Below are positions 1-12,601 of a DNA stretch of 64,000 nucleotides, one piece after another. A program made the translations under genes and the position numbers. Origin of the DNA: Zygnema circumcarinatum SAG 698-1b. Taxonomy: Eukaryota > Plantae > Zygnematophyceae. Positions within the stretch are counted from its first letter, which is position 1. Each line of letters begins with the position of its first letter. The notes under the pieces are model-generated. The model was not told the origin of the DNA. It did not search any database and was given only the letters and a program-made list of their open reading frames with translations. The DNA lies in assembly GCA_037447605.1 (NCBI GenBank), contig CM074807.1:1116001-1180000 (forward strand), read 5' to 3'.

Positions 1-398
1 AGTGCAAACGAAGCAGGTTCCATGCTCCCTACGTAGGGCCCAGTTCTGCAAATATGAAAAATGCGCGTTGTTGATCTGGTAAATAAGGTCTATCATCAAT
101 CCCTTTTCTTTTGAAAGAATACAATTCAAAACAAGTACACGTTTTCTTGGGAGCGCACTATAATCGTCGCTTAAAGCAAATTTCGAGAATACTCTTTGAA
201 ATTTGTCTTGAAGCGAAACGTTCAAAGCTTGAATTTTCTATTCCCTCTAGAGCCATGTTGTTGTTGTTGCCATGTTGTTGTTCATGTCCATGCCCATCTC
301 ATGCGACCCATGCGTTGTATGCGGAACCGGCCGAGGCGGTTGCGCCGTTTCGGCGAGACTTCGGGAGTCTCGGACCTGGCCATCGTTCAGTCAGCACT

Positions 399-427
399 CG
401 CCACGTGTCAAAACTGTACACGTGGCG
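399..427. promoter_or_regulatory. Inverted pair of ABRE/G-box elements (CGCCACGTGT-9 nt-ACACGTGGCG)
   Basis: The two 10-mers at 399-408 and 418-427 are exact reverse complements and contain the ACACGTGGC ABRE core. A further CCACGTGGC lies at 616-624. Confidence 0.5.
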
Positions 428-491
428 TGCTTCTATTGGAACATATGCGACAATGTTGAGCAAAGTCAAAATGTTGACCCGAAACACAGGA

Positions 492-555
492 GGGGCGGGC
501 CGGGGGGAAAGGGGCGGTCCGGGGGGAAAGGGGCGGTCGGGGGGAAAGGGGCGGT
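492..555 (+). repeat. G-rich tandem repeat (~3 x GGGGCGGTCCGGGGGGAAAG), G-quadruplex-prone
   Basis: Directly visible ~19-20 bp units with repeated G4-G6 runs. Confidence 0.75.
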
Positions 556-938
556 TGCGCGACCGCAAGTTGATACGCCCGCCAAGGTTTCGGCCTGCCC
601 TGGGAGGTACGGATACCACGTGGCGGATAGAGAGTGGCCGAACCAGAGAAGTATTCTGACCAGTAACGCGGGCAGAATAAACCATCTGCGAAAAAAGCAA
701 CGCGGATTGGCTGTCGATTATCCCGCGCGCAATTCTCTCGTGCAGGCCGTCAGGACTGCCCAGAGGGCCGATTTTTTTTTTTTTTGCGTACGGGCCGAGA
801 TTCGGTTGCAAGACGACGCGGGCCTCCTCAAAAAAAACTAGCGCTGCCCAATCAAGAGTAGCATTCACACTTGCGGGTGTGCTTCGGGCAGGACGAAACA
901 TTTTGTGCCCCTTGGAGGCGGATGCGGAGGCACAGGGC

Positions 939-1346
939 TAGGGTTGGGGACACGGGGGCACGGGCATGCCCGGGGGGGGGGCCATGCCCGGGGCACGTGG
1001 TCGGCCGTGCCCGGGGCACGGAAATCTGCAAAAGCCGTGCCCCTCGACCGTGCCCCCCTACGTCAGCGTGCCACGTCACGGTCGGGGCCGGGACTGTGAC
1101 GGCTCACATGGAACATGCATGTAGTGGCACACAGTCCGTACTTTTCGTACTATTTACACTTTCCGTACGTTTGTTCATACCGTTCGTAATTTCCGCACGC
1201 TTCCCAATACTGCAACTGGTCCGATTTTAACCGTTCTATGTGGTCACGTCACGGGGCACGAAAAGGGGCATGACCCCCTTCCCGCGGGAGGGGGGGGGAC
1301 ACGTGCCCGGGGCACCAATTTGGCCGGGGCCGTGCCCCCAACCCTT
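939..1346. mobile_element. Non-autonomous hAT-type MITE (408 bp)
   Basis: Left end TAGGGTTGGGGACACGG, right end CCGTGCCCCAACCCTTG (imperfect TIR). Flanking direct repeat CACAGGGC at 931-938 and 1347-1354 (8-bp TSD; 9 bp with the shared G). Many internal GGGCACG/CGTGCCC subterminal motifs. Confidence 0.75.
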
Positions 1347-1634
1347 GCACAGGGCTGGTGGCTGAAGGTGCCCTGCAGCAGCAGGCGCTGATAACCACCG
1401 GCAGGCAGCCATAAAAAGAAGGGGGAGCGAGAGATGGGAGAGAGCAGGGGGGAGGAGGGAGCATGGTCCCAGAGAGACGGGGAGGCGTCAAGGAGGAGGA
1501 GGCGACGGGCAGGAAGCCCTGAATGGGGGCGACAGAGGAGGGAGCGCTGGAGTCCGTGGGGACTTCAGTGTTTGCTGCTTAGGTCTTGGAGCGGAAGGTT
1601 TTGGAGGAACTCGTAGAGAAGGGCGAGTTCAGCC

Positions 1635-3846
1635 ATGAGGAAGAAGTTGGATACTCGGTTCCCGGCGGTGCGTGGTTCTTTTTTTTTTTTGGACAATAGT
1701 AGGGAGCTTGCTTTTGTGGTTCGTCCGGTTCTACTGCACGGATGTGTCATCGGAAGGGTTCTGTTGCCAGATACGGTTGTGATTTTTCTTTCATCACCCT
1801 TTCGATGTTTTCTGACGCTTATTGGTGGCTGCCTTGCAGGCCCGTATCAAGAAGATAATGCAGGCTGACGAAGATGTTGGCAAGATTGCGCTGGCAACGC
1901 CTGTCCTAGTTTGTAAGCTCACGCAAGGCCATGTTTCTCGTTGACCGCTTCTGGATGTGCCAGTCCTTTGAATAGATTTGGAACTTGATAACTATTTGAT
2001 TAGGTTTTCGACCTGCTAACCCGAATGATTTTCTTGTATATATTTGCGCGTGAGCAGCAGCGGAAGGATAGTAAATAGGATACTGACTCGTGGTGGAGTG
2101 AACCCTTCTATTTCTTTCCTAGCATGAGTCTTTTCGGAATGGAACCTGTCCTTTTAAGCTTTGGCCATGAAAACACGTGATATGTGTATTGGACTCTGGC
2201 TGCTGCAACTGCCTTTGGATTATTAGGGCTAGGGCTTCTGCAGTCCTAGTATCGAGGAGCACTTCGTGTGACTGAGTATATTACCTTCTTGCTTGTAGTC
2301 TGCAGAAGTGCTTAACTGTTTTTGCAGTTGTTCATGCCGTCACGTATTAAATTTGTACCTTTCGAGTGGCTGTTGCCTTTTGGCAGTTGGCAATTATTCT
2401 TACCATTCGATTTGTTGCTCTTTTAACAGCGAAGGCCCTTGAGCTTTTTCTCCAAGACTTATGTGACAAGACGTATGAAGTGACCGTTGGCCGAGGTGCG
2501 AAGACGATGAGCGGAGCCCATTTGTAAGTCGTCTTACGCCCTGTTGAGTTGTTCTGAAATTTCTCTCCCGCCTTTTTCTTGCGTTTTATATCAGGTAGCA
2601 TTTTGAAGCTATCCTTCTAACTACAGGTTGCTGAATTGTACATAGATACCGTTGCTTGTCCTGTCATGTCGTGGAAGTTTTTTTGGTCTCACTTCACGCC
2701 ACTTCTTTGGAGAGCCTCGTATCCTCTCACCTAGCTGCTTATCCAGGGTAAGTGACGTCTGCTGCCTTTTCTGCAGGAAACAATGTGTGGCTGCGCACAA
2801 CGAATTTGACTTTCTTCAGGAGACTGTTGCTAGAGCCGAAGATGGATGTGTCGAGGGGACTGGTTTGGAGGACAGAAACGGCGGTGGCAGAGGTCATAGA
2901 AGGTATCTCCTTTTTCCTTTCAAACATGAAACGAGATTATGACTCGAATGCTGCGGAACTGCGGCCAGCTTGGGAATCCCTTTTTGATTTGGGGTTGCAT
3001 TTGTGGAGTCGAAGTTTTTGTTCTCCATTATATTTCGAATATTATACACTATCTTTGACTGATGTTGACTACTCTGCCTGCAGAAAATTTTCTGAAGAGG
3101 AAGACGGCAGCAGTGAGGAGGCCGATGTGAAAGAACCTGATGTGAAGGAGCCTAAGCGAGCCAAAAAGGTACCCGTATTCGCTTTACTAGGTTGTCTTTG
3201 AGGTCCCGCTAAAGCTGTTTAGAGGGGTTGCACGCAACGTCATCAACTGACACACAAATTATTTTTGAATTACTCACAGGTTGGTGGAGGCGGCCGAGGG
3301 AGAGGAAGGGGGAGGGGAAATTCTGAGCAAGGATCGGGTGCTGGAAGGTCTGGAAATGGTGCTTCTCGAGGGAGACCAAGGAAAGATGCTCAGGCTAGTC
3401 AGCAGTCGGCAGCATTAGGTAGGGTGAAAGAAGATTCTACAGTGATTTCTCGTACAGCATCAGGTGCAGTGAAGGCGGAGCCTCTGGATGAACCGCAAGT
3501 AGAAGATGTGAAGCCGAAGGTGACTAATGCACCAAAGAAGAGTGAGCCGAGGGACTTTGACCTAAACATGGATTTGAATGCTGAGCCAGAGGCATTCTGT
3601 CCGAAACTGGAACAGGACGACAAATCCATTATGAAAACAGAGCCATTTGAATCTGTCGAACACCGGACGATGGTAAAGCTTGAGCAGGACAGAGGTGATG
3701 AAAGTAAACAGGACTTAGATAAGGTAGACGTTGTAAGTAGCAAGCCCCTGACAATCCATCAGTTACCTAACAGCAGTGCTGTCAGGCAACCAGTAGATGA
3801 TTACGACGACGATGACTACGACTCTCACAGTAACGAAGATGGATGA
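1635..3846 (+). CDS. DRAP1: NC2 alpha / Dr1-associated corepressor (histone-fold), 6 exons
   Basis: Spliced reading MRKKLDTRFPA|ARIKKIMQADEDVGKIALATPVLV|SKALELFLQDLCDKTYEVT...GAKTMSGAHL|KQCVAAHNEFDFLQETV..., then an acidic/RG-rich tail ending DG* at 3846. GT-AG junctions keep the frame. Confidence 0.93.
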
Positions 3847-5715
3847 GCGATGCTACTGTAGTGAGAACCGTTTCCATAGCCGAGTGGAGCGTGGGCGCAT
3901 ACTCTTTGGCATGTTCCTTACTACTTCCAAGATTTTCTCGTTTTGGTTGATTCTAAATGCGTCATTAGTCTGTGTCTGTGGTGCTTTAACTAGGTAATTT
4001 GCATGGTTTGTTGCGGAAGCCTAGGTTGAAACTGGGTGACAGGTTTCTTCTAGGTCTGTAACCTGTGCTGCGGAAGTCTTTGGGGCCTTAAAAATTAAAC
4101 GCAGTAGACATTTCTCTAGACAGAAGTAAGAAATAAATACAGAGCTAAGGCGTGACGGCAGTGGAACAGACATACAGTACTTTGTCGGTTGCCGAGTGAC
4201 CGGTGCCCACCATCTGTATATGACGGTACGATTTTTCCAAGTTTTTAGCCTGGCAGTGGAAAACACAAATTAAATGAAAAAAACATAAATTAAATGAACA
4301 AACACCTCTGGATATTGTTATATTGTACCGCTGCGAAGGGAATCTTGTTGCATGCTCGATTTTACTGGTCTTCTGCTTTCAACGAGAAACCGTGTACATG
4401 GGTGACAGGAGCACGGGCTCACATTGAGAAAAACATCCGCGTATCTAAATCTAATTAGTATACTAGCATGCGCCATAATTGAAATTCTCGAGAAGGAGGT
4501 AGAAGTAAAACTCGCTGGAATCTGATTATTGTATGTACTCTCGACCAGAACCAGTTTCATGTCTCGAGTAGACCTGCTGAAGTTATCAAACCCAAATCCC
4601 TGTCTTAAAAGTAATCGAACTTGAAACGATGACTTGAACACACTATATACACTCGTATGACAATTTTGTAAATCAGTTGGCAATTTAGCATTGGCAGGTA
4701 GACGTTTTCCTGTAGCTTTTGTAACACTTTCATGTGATTAGTTTTCAATCCAACTGTTCAGACAAATCTAGTTTTTTCACTTTTCTTTTTTATTTCAATG
4801 GTCTAACCTCTTCAAAATACTAACTTTTCAGACGCATTTGCAGCCCGCAGTAGTTACTGTTCGCACCCTGTCGTATTATGGAGTGGAATGTGAAGATGTA
4901 ACGGCTGAGCGACGAGCACAGTAGATTTCGATGTAAACAGGCACTTTCTGTCCAAATATTGGGGTGGGGCTTCATCAGGCGTTTTGGAACCCCATCCTTA
5001 GTTTAGATGAATGGCCATAATTCTGGTCGGCACGGTCAGTACCTGTTACCTGTTTCGTATGGATAAAGCCATAACTGCTCAACTGACAGAGACTGAAGTA
5101 CTGAAGTACTTCAACAAAAATAGGGACCATCCTGTCTACATGTACACGTGGCCAGAAAATTACATTAAGGAAAGGAAGAAAAAGAGAAACGTAAACTAAT
5201 TAGAAAGCGTTACAAAGTCAATATAATTCCAAAGGTCATCATTACAAGTAGAGTTTGGACTCTGCATATCCATACCAGTAGGTTCACTACTTGCGTAAGT
5301 ACTGAAGAGATCTACCCACAGCAGAACACCACTCTCTCACATGCTGCAGGTAACCCCTCCCACCTTATTCACGCCCTGCATGCCACCCTGCAAAAAATGC
5401 AAACAATATCTGCCTCCTACGTCCCTTCCATGAGGACTCTCAAACGCCCTCATCTTACTTCCTGCAACTTTACCTTCTGAGCTCCCACCCTCCCACATCT
5501 CCTCTCTTCACAAGTTGAAACTGAACAACCGTTAGGTCAGCGGTATTCATGCCCTATATGACTAAGAACCTGAAAAAAAAAAAAATAGGCATAGAAAGTA
5601 CAGTACAGTTGAATGTTCTAATGAACAGGTGTCAGGATCAGATTACTATTCAAGGCGGGTAGTTCCCTTACATTTTGATCTCTGAAAGCTATCATCATAC
5701 TCGTGACGAGCTTCC

Positions 5716-8700
5716 TCAATGAAGAACAACATGGCCCAATTGTCGTCCCGCCAGAGCATCAAAGTACGACATGATTTGGTCTCTCTTCTCCAAAAGAATC
5801 TCCATTTCATCTGCTGTCAGGGCTCCGCTCAAATTCTCCAGCAAAATCCCGCGATTGAGTCCCCGCAACCGTGAAAGTGTGATTGGGGACGCATGCTGTT
5901 TCATCGAAAACAAGATATAAGTCCAGTGTCAGTGAAATATCCTCCTTCAGCAAATTCAACGATCTTCTCATTCCCAGCTGTGAGGACTTATTCGTGTGGC
6001 TTAGAGCTAACTCCTCCCTTGCCCACCAGATGAGAGAAATCAATACACTGGCACGAACCAGTGAAAGAAACAGGGAAGTTTCTAGAAGAAACAATCCCCA
6101 GTGCAACATACCTTAACGCCTGTCATCTGCCTGCGCTTCGACCAAACAGAGTGTAGCTCTCCTAATCCAGGACCCATCGGAAAGTCCAATAACAGAGGGC
6201 GCAACTCATTTTGCATTGCCCAATGTTCTCCAGCGTGAAATGCTTCCTTGCGTCGTGGAGCACAACCAAGAAGGGCGTCCAAGATATGTGCATTGCTTAC
6301 AACAACCGCTGGAGTCGCTTCTCCCCATTGCTGCACACAAAGATGTCCAAACACATGGCCCAAGACAGTATAGCAATAAGGTACTGTCGTGCATTGAACA
6401 GTTTCAAACTTTTCTGCTGCGGAACAAAAAAGTTCAGGAAAAAGAACGTTACCCTAACTGTAATCAAGAGATCTTTGTTGCAAACCACAAAGTCGACTTC
6501 CCTATACGAACTCTAGTCAAGAAAGCTTCTTTCCTGCCTAGAGCCTGAGAAATCCTGTCTTCAGACATTCTCACACAACGTGCATCTTCAAACAAGATCT
6601 ACATCAAGTACATCTTCATGTTTCAAGGACATGTAGTGAATTTACAAGCTTGGACGCAAACCTATATCAGGACAAAAACAATCCAAACCAACTCCCCACA
6701 AGCATGCTGCAGGATAAGGAAATCCTCAATATTGACACATTCCGCCACATATCGTACTCCAAAACCTTACGAATTACACTGCCGCACCTTAGGTGGAACA
6801 TTCGCCAAAGGCCTCGCGTTTGAGACCTTATACACCATCACACCAGTCGAAAAATGGTCACTTCCAAGGCGAACGTCATTCCTGATTGCAGCAGGAGGCA
6901 CAATATCCAATCCCAAGAGGAGAGATACCTGCAAGAACGGCACTTTCGACTCAGTGGGACTGATGGAAGTTCTCGGGGCATGAGCGCACAAACTACTAAC
7001 TCAGTTGCTGTACAGATGACAGTTCAAACTTCTTACAAGCTTGTTTCTGTAAGTATGCTGCCAGATAGGGCAGATAAAAGTATAGGCTTCTAAAACTTAT
7101 TTAAAGCTTGAAGTCGTGATGCAGGAACTCATGCCTAAAGAAATATTCTTTCGTGAACTGTACGTTCTCTTTCAGCACGAGAAATAAACAGCAAACTAGG
7201 GCAAATGTCAGAAATACGACAACATTCCTGTGCTGTTCAGTGTCCCACTGGCAACAGGATATCGCAGGTCGCCGCGGACCTCATACACAATGGCTTGCAG
7301 CAGAAGTTAAAGGAGCTAACACATAATAGCTTTATCATTGCCCTGGCGTGACGGAGATATTCACACACAGCTACGCGCGAGACAACCCATCCCCCACCCC
7401 TCCCATCCATAGGCCAAGGGAGGCTAATACATGCTTAACTTACTTCTAGAGCAAGTTCAGAGGAACTCCTCAGAGGTAGATTTCAAAACCATACAGAATG
7501 CCTGGGAAAAATAGAAACCTTAAGTGTGACTCTATGGGAGGTGCAAGAAGGGACCCTAAAAGCTAAGCAAAGCATGAAATCGACTTATACTCAGACGACT
7601 AACCAAACATATGGATGCCATAACGTATCATCACCTAAATCATCATTCCTTCGTAAAGAAAACGAAGGGCCTAAGTACATCAAGATTGCAGTGCTAGATT
7701 TAATCTGACTTTAATCGGAAGCTGGTAAATTGAGACTGATGACAAGTTAACGAAAAATAGACAAATACACAATAACTGATGTATGCACTGCTGCAAACGA
7801 CAATCCACTGCACCTTTACAGCTGCACAAGGGATCTCACTCATATCGCCCACTGAAAGGCCACAGAAAAAACTAGCCTCCGTAAAAAGGAGAAAAAAAGA
7901 TGATAAAGGAACAAAGCCTCTTACCTGGTATGCTACCCAATCCATTGGGGCTCGTTTCCAGCACCCATGCACATCTCCAGGCATCCTTGGCTTAAAAAGG
8001 GCTTCCATCGTTTCTCCCTCCTCTGACCGCAAGACAACGCTAAACACCTCTCGGAATGGACTCGCGCCCGCACCTTCTGCCAAAGGCTTGAAGCTCACAA
8101 TTTCTCCAAATGCTAGGTGTCGCAGCATTTTATCATGCCTCTGCTGCTGTCTAGCGGACAAAAGGATTTCTGCTATTGGGCCTGCAACTAGAGCCGCAAG
8201 CTGCGCTTTCTCATCCAGTGCCAAACAAGTCCGCGCAAGCGCCCTTGCAGCTAGGGCTATGGTGCGCTCTGTGTACGCACCGCCTGAAATGAGCTCAGTG
8301 CCTCTGACAGTTGCGGTGACAGTGACCACGGCTGTGTGATTCTCTTCGTCGAACTGAACTGTCGTCCGCGTGCAAGTAACTGAATCCATATCTGATAACG
8401 GTTCTGACTCTTTCAACTGCTTTGTAGGCATGGAGACTATCTCTTCCAATCGCTCCGCGTTTACTGGCATAGTCTCACTCAACGCAGGTTCACTCATGGG
8501 TGCATCATCTTCAACTACTTCCTGCGGAATGCTAAGGTCTACCTCAATTTTCTGCGATATGTAGACCTCTTGCTGCTCCTCTGTGATCATTGAAGACGGC
8601 GTCGCTGCGTCAGTCACACCCTCCGGTGCTGACCTCAAAACTGTGGTTTCTGCAATCGACGGCCTTGTCTTAAGTTTGTACAAAAGATGCTTCAATTTAT

Positions 8701-9064
8701 CGATAGAAGACTTCGCCTGAAGTTCGATTCTATCAATACTGGAAGCTGCTGCTTCAGACAAAGAACCAGAAGATGGTGCCGCCAAGGGCGGCTCTGTTAT
8801 AGGATGAGGAGGGGCAGAGACTGATGAACCTCTCGGAGTCACAGGAAGAACAGTCACCCTTTCTTCCTCCGTGGCACCTTCTGCTCCACGAGTGGCAGCC
8901 AAAACAATCGGCCGCGCCACCTTCCCTGCATCTTGAAGAGGACGCCACTGCAAACCTGTGCTACACCGAAACGGCTCGTCTCCTCCGGAACGAAAGCTTG
9001 CAACGCTCGCTATGCCAGACGAGGATGACCAAACCTTAGCCATAGAAGCGAAGGGATGCGCCAT
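5716..9064 (-). CDS. Atypical kinase-fold (Fam20C/PI3-PI4-kinase-like) protein, probable pseudokinase with a plastid-type transit peptide, 4 exons
   Basis: Exons ~9064-7925, 6928-6790, ~6330-6115, ~5900-5716 join in frame: ALFKPRMPGD...DWVAYQ|VSLLLGLDIVPPAAIR...|...ILDALLGCAPRR...RPLLLDF...|HASPITLSRLRGL...EILLEKRDQI. N-terminus is Ser/Ala-rich. Confidence 0.7.
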
Positions 9065-9445
9065 TGCTGCTGCCGTTGACTCCGCCTTTCCTCCCACCTC
9101 CCTCGCACTCCTCTCCCTCTCCCTCTCTCACCCTCTCTCTCCCTCTCCCTCCCTTCCTCTTCCAGCACTTCCCCCCCTATCCCTCAAGGATGACCTGCGC
9201 CTGTTCTGACCGCTTCCTAGATTTGGAACGCTCAAGGGAAGTACGGCACATGTTATTGTTCTCACCAAACCAATCGAGCTTCGTCTTTGCGCGTGCGAGG
9301 TCTACGTGTAGAAATCCGATTAGCTGTAGGACCGGGCACAGGTTCGGGCTGCAGGTATTTTGGACGCATGCGCACGGAGGCATCCACATGGAGGCGCGAC
9401 CTTGCGCGCCGGGGCCGATAAGCGCGCGGCGCGCCACCTCAGGGC

Positions 9446-9455
9446 GCCACGTGGC
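9446..9455. promoter_or_regulatory. Perfect G-box palindrome GCCACGTGGC in a divergent promoter (TGACGTCA at 9910-9917)
   Basis: Exact motif between the head-to-head kinase-like and AIP2 genes. Confidence 0.5.
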
Positions 9456-10097
9456 GCGTTCCCAGCGGGACATGACCCGTGAATCCGGGAGGGCATCGCA
9501 CGTGCAGAGCCGTAGACCACAGGGCCGGCGGCAGAAGTATGATTTCGGAATCAGACGTGGAGGATCAACTGTTGATCTTTACTGGAGGGCCAATGAGGTT
9601 GCTGATTAGTGTAGGTTGAACTCGATTGAGATCGAGGATCCACTCAAAATTAGGTCAAGGGCAGGTGAAAAAGCCGTTGTCATGCCAGCTGGCACTTGGA
9701 CCCCTCCTGTCCAAAAACGGTGTTCCATGCACCCAAGTGGAACTGTTGTTAAAGGGATCTATGAGAAAAATATTGCTAAACTAATTCTTCATAGAACTAA
9801 TAGCCGAACATTTTCACGGAGCGCTCGACTGGAAGGATAGAATCTCGTTGTATATTTTGCACGGCCATTCGGAATACGCCTTCATGCGCCTCTGTTAGCG
9901 TGCTATTGCTGACGTCACGTGCAAGAGCTTCCAGATTCCGAAGGCGGGAGCCATGGTCGGTTGCAGACCTTCTCTCTCTACCGCTCCCTCTCGCGGGCGA
10001 GAGCGAGGCAGCCTGCTCGCTTGATCCGCGTCAGGGAGGGCGAGCGGTCGGAATAAGAAGTGACTGAGAATCTTTCGTTTTGCGCGGAACGGAGAAG

Positions 10098-12569
10098 ATG
10101 GCTTCCAGCAGCTCACAGACGCTGGAGGCGGCACTTGAGCGAGTCCAGCAGCAGCTTGGAAGAAAGGCTTCTTTTGAGGAAGGTTTAAAGCGCCTTGCGT
10201 TGATTGTGGAGCAGAATTACGCATCTGCCTTACCGGAACAGCAGCGAGAGGTGCCAACATAACCACTTTTTGCCTCTCGTTTCTCTGGCTCTGATCTTCC
10301 GTTGGTCTTCTCTGTGTTGCTCTCAAATTTGGGGCTTTAAAACTATCATGGTTTCTTGCGGGGCTGGTCTCTTACGACGAATTTGCGCAAGAAAGACAAT
10401 GATTTTATACAGGTTTCAAAGCGTCTTGTAGGATATGTAATGTTTGATTTATTACGCTGAAGTCTGCTGCATATTCACTGTGATTTTCCATGGTATGCAT
10501 CGAATCTATCCACATATCAATCCATGTCGAAAAACTGTCCATCACAATGTGAAAGGAGTTGCAAGCACGAGTTTTTTCTAGTCAGCTGGGAATGTAGAAT
10601 GGAAGTACTCCTACAAGTGGAGTGTGAACAGAAGGGATGGCATTAGATCATCAGGCCGAAACTGCAAACCTATGATCGAAAACTCGAATATGGGAATTTG
10701 CGAATTCGGAATTCGTAGCGGGAATGGGTTAGCTATGATTTGGTAATATAATACGATGCTCGTACAGACTGCAGAACATGGTGAAAAGAATATGAAAAGG
10801 GAAACTCTACTTTGTGGTACACAAGGGAATCCAACACATTGAAAAATATGATCAAGTCATAATCTTGAAACGACCATATGGTAATCCTCATCATGTTCCT
10901 CTATATTTAAGATACCCCACAATGCCTCTCGTCCGAGCTTAATCCTTACGAATTCACATGAACCAATTAGCGGCTTTTTGGATCATAGCTCCAACGGCGA
11001 TTCGCGGAAGGTGGATCCAAGCAGATGTAATTGTGCCTCTGTCTTGAAAAAAGGGGATAGACTACCCAAAAAAAGTGGGAGCCGGTGCCGCTGGACCTAT
11101 ACCATTGAAATTTTGAAATTAACAGGTCCAATTATAAATTATGCTACATTAGCTGGTTTCGGTCATCGGCTGAAATGATCTGACATGAACGCGGAAAAAG
11201 GCCTATCTGCACACGAGCTAAGTGATACATATGTGTCTCAGAACTACATGGGCACCTCATCTGACGCGAGGTATCGTCTTCTTCCTCCCTTTGTTGTGTT
11301 TTATTGATCTTGAACGGCCTTTGTCGGTTCATGCTGCAGATTTTTACCGCTGTACGGAGGGTTGGCACCCTTCTGCAAACCCGCTATACATCTCGAGGTT
11401 TCTGGACGGCAGGGCTCCGTTTGTTCTCAAAAACTCAGCCATTAGTTTGTAGTCAACTTGAAATGCGTCAACTTCGTGGCTTCATTGACCAGGCGAAAGA
11501 GATCATTGGTGAAGAACGTCCAATCATGGAGGAGCCCACCAACACAGCTTTTGCAGCACCCATGACAGGTCAACAGCAGAACAGACCCGACCTTTCTCTG
11601 TAGAGTGAAAGAAGTTTACTTTTGCGTAGGATGGAGAGACAGGAAGTGTCCATTTCAAGCACTCAGAGAACTATCACTTGCACTGAGAAACAGATAACCC
11701 TAATATCTAACCGTTCCTAATGTTTGTATAACTTTGGGGAACAGTCTGGCATGTGTGTTTGCCTGCAACCCCCTTCTCACTATGGATGGATACTCTTAAT
11801 TTCTTGTGTAGGATCTCCATTTCTATTTGAGGGCCAACTATCAGCAGGTGCTACTCCGACAACTCCTGCCTGGTTGATGGCGCAAACTGTGACCTTGTCT
11901 CTCCTTAGCGAGCAGCATGTTGAACCTCCTCATCCCGACCAGCCGGAAGAAAGGAATGTGAGGGAGAGGAACAGAGGCAGAGAGGGTGAGGGAGAGAGGG
12001 CAAGTGAGGAATCATTGAATGTGAGAGGAATACTAGACGAGTTTCTCAGGGCGGAGGAACTGAACCGGCAGGATGCGGGAACAGGAAGCATGGAGGAGGC
12101 AGATGATAGGACTGTAGATGATGTTCATAGAAACAGTGATCATCAGTCAGGAGCAATACCTTCTGAAGAAGTGCAGCCGGAGATTACTCCGACCGAACAA
12201 GACGATGCGGATATGCACCAAAATGCAGAAAACTCACCAGCTTCTAATTCAGTACGAAGCTCTCCAACGTCGGGAATAGGGAGGCAGAGAGGGCAACGTA
12301 TGGTTCGATCGGGCTCAGAAAACTCACTGATGGACAATGGTCTCCAAGATGAGCAAAATCGGCAGCGGGCCACTGAAGCTCGCCGCCGGTTGCAGGAGAT
12401 GCTGAGTGCTTGGGGGAGGCCTGTTCCGGACTACCTTCAAGTTATGCGAGCAGCTATGTTGCATGCACATGGAGAGGACATTCCCGGCCTGCAAGAAGCA
12501 CTCGACTTGACGATGCAGGTGGGTAGGGAGGGGTCGGGATCGGATCTTCAACTCTTTGCAATTGGCTGC

Positions 12570-12601
<32 letters not shown>

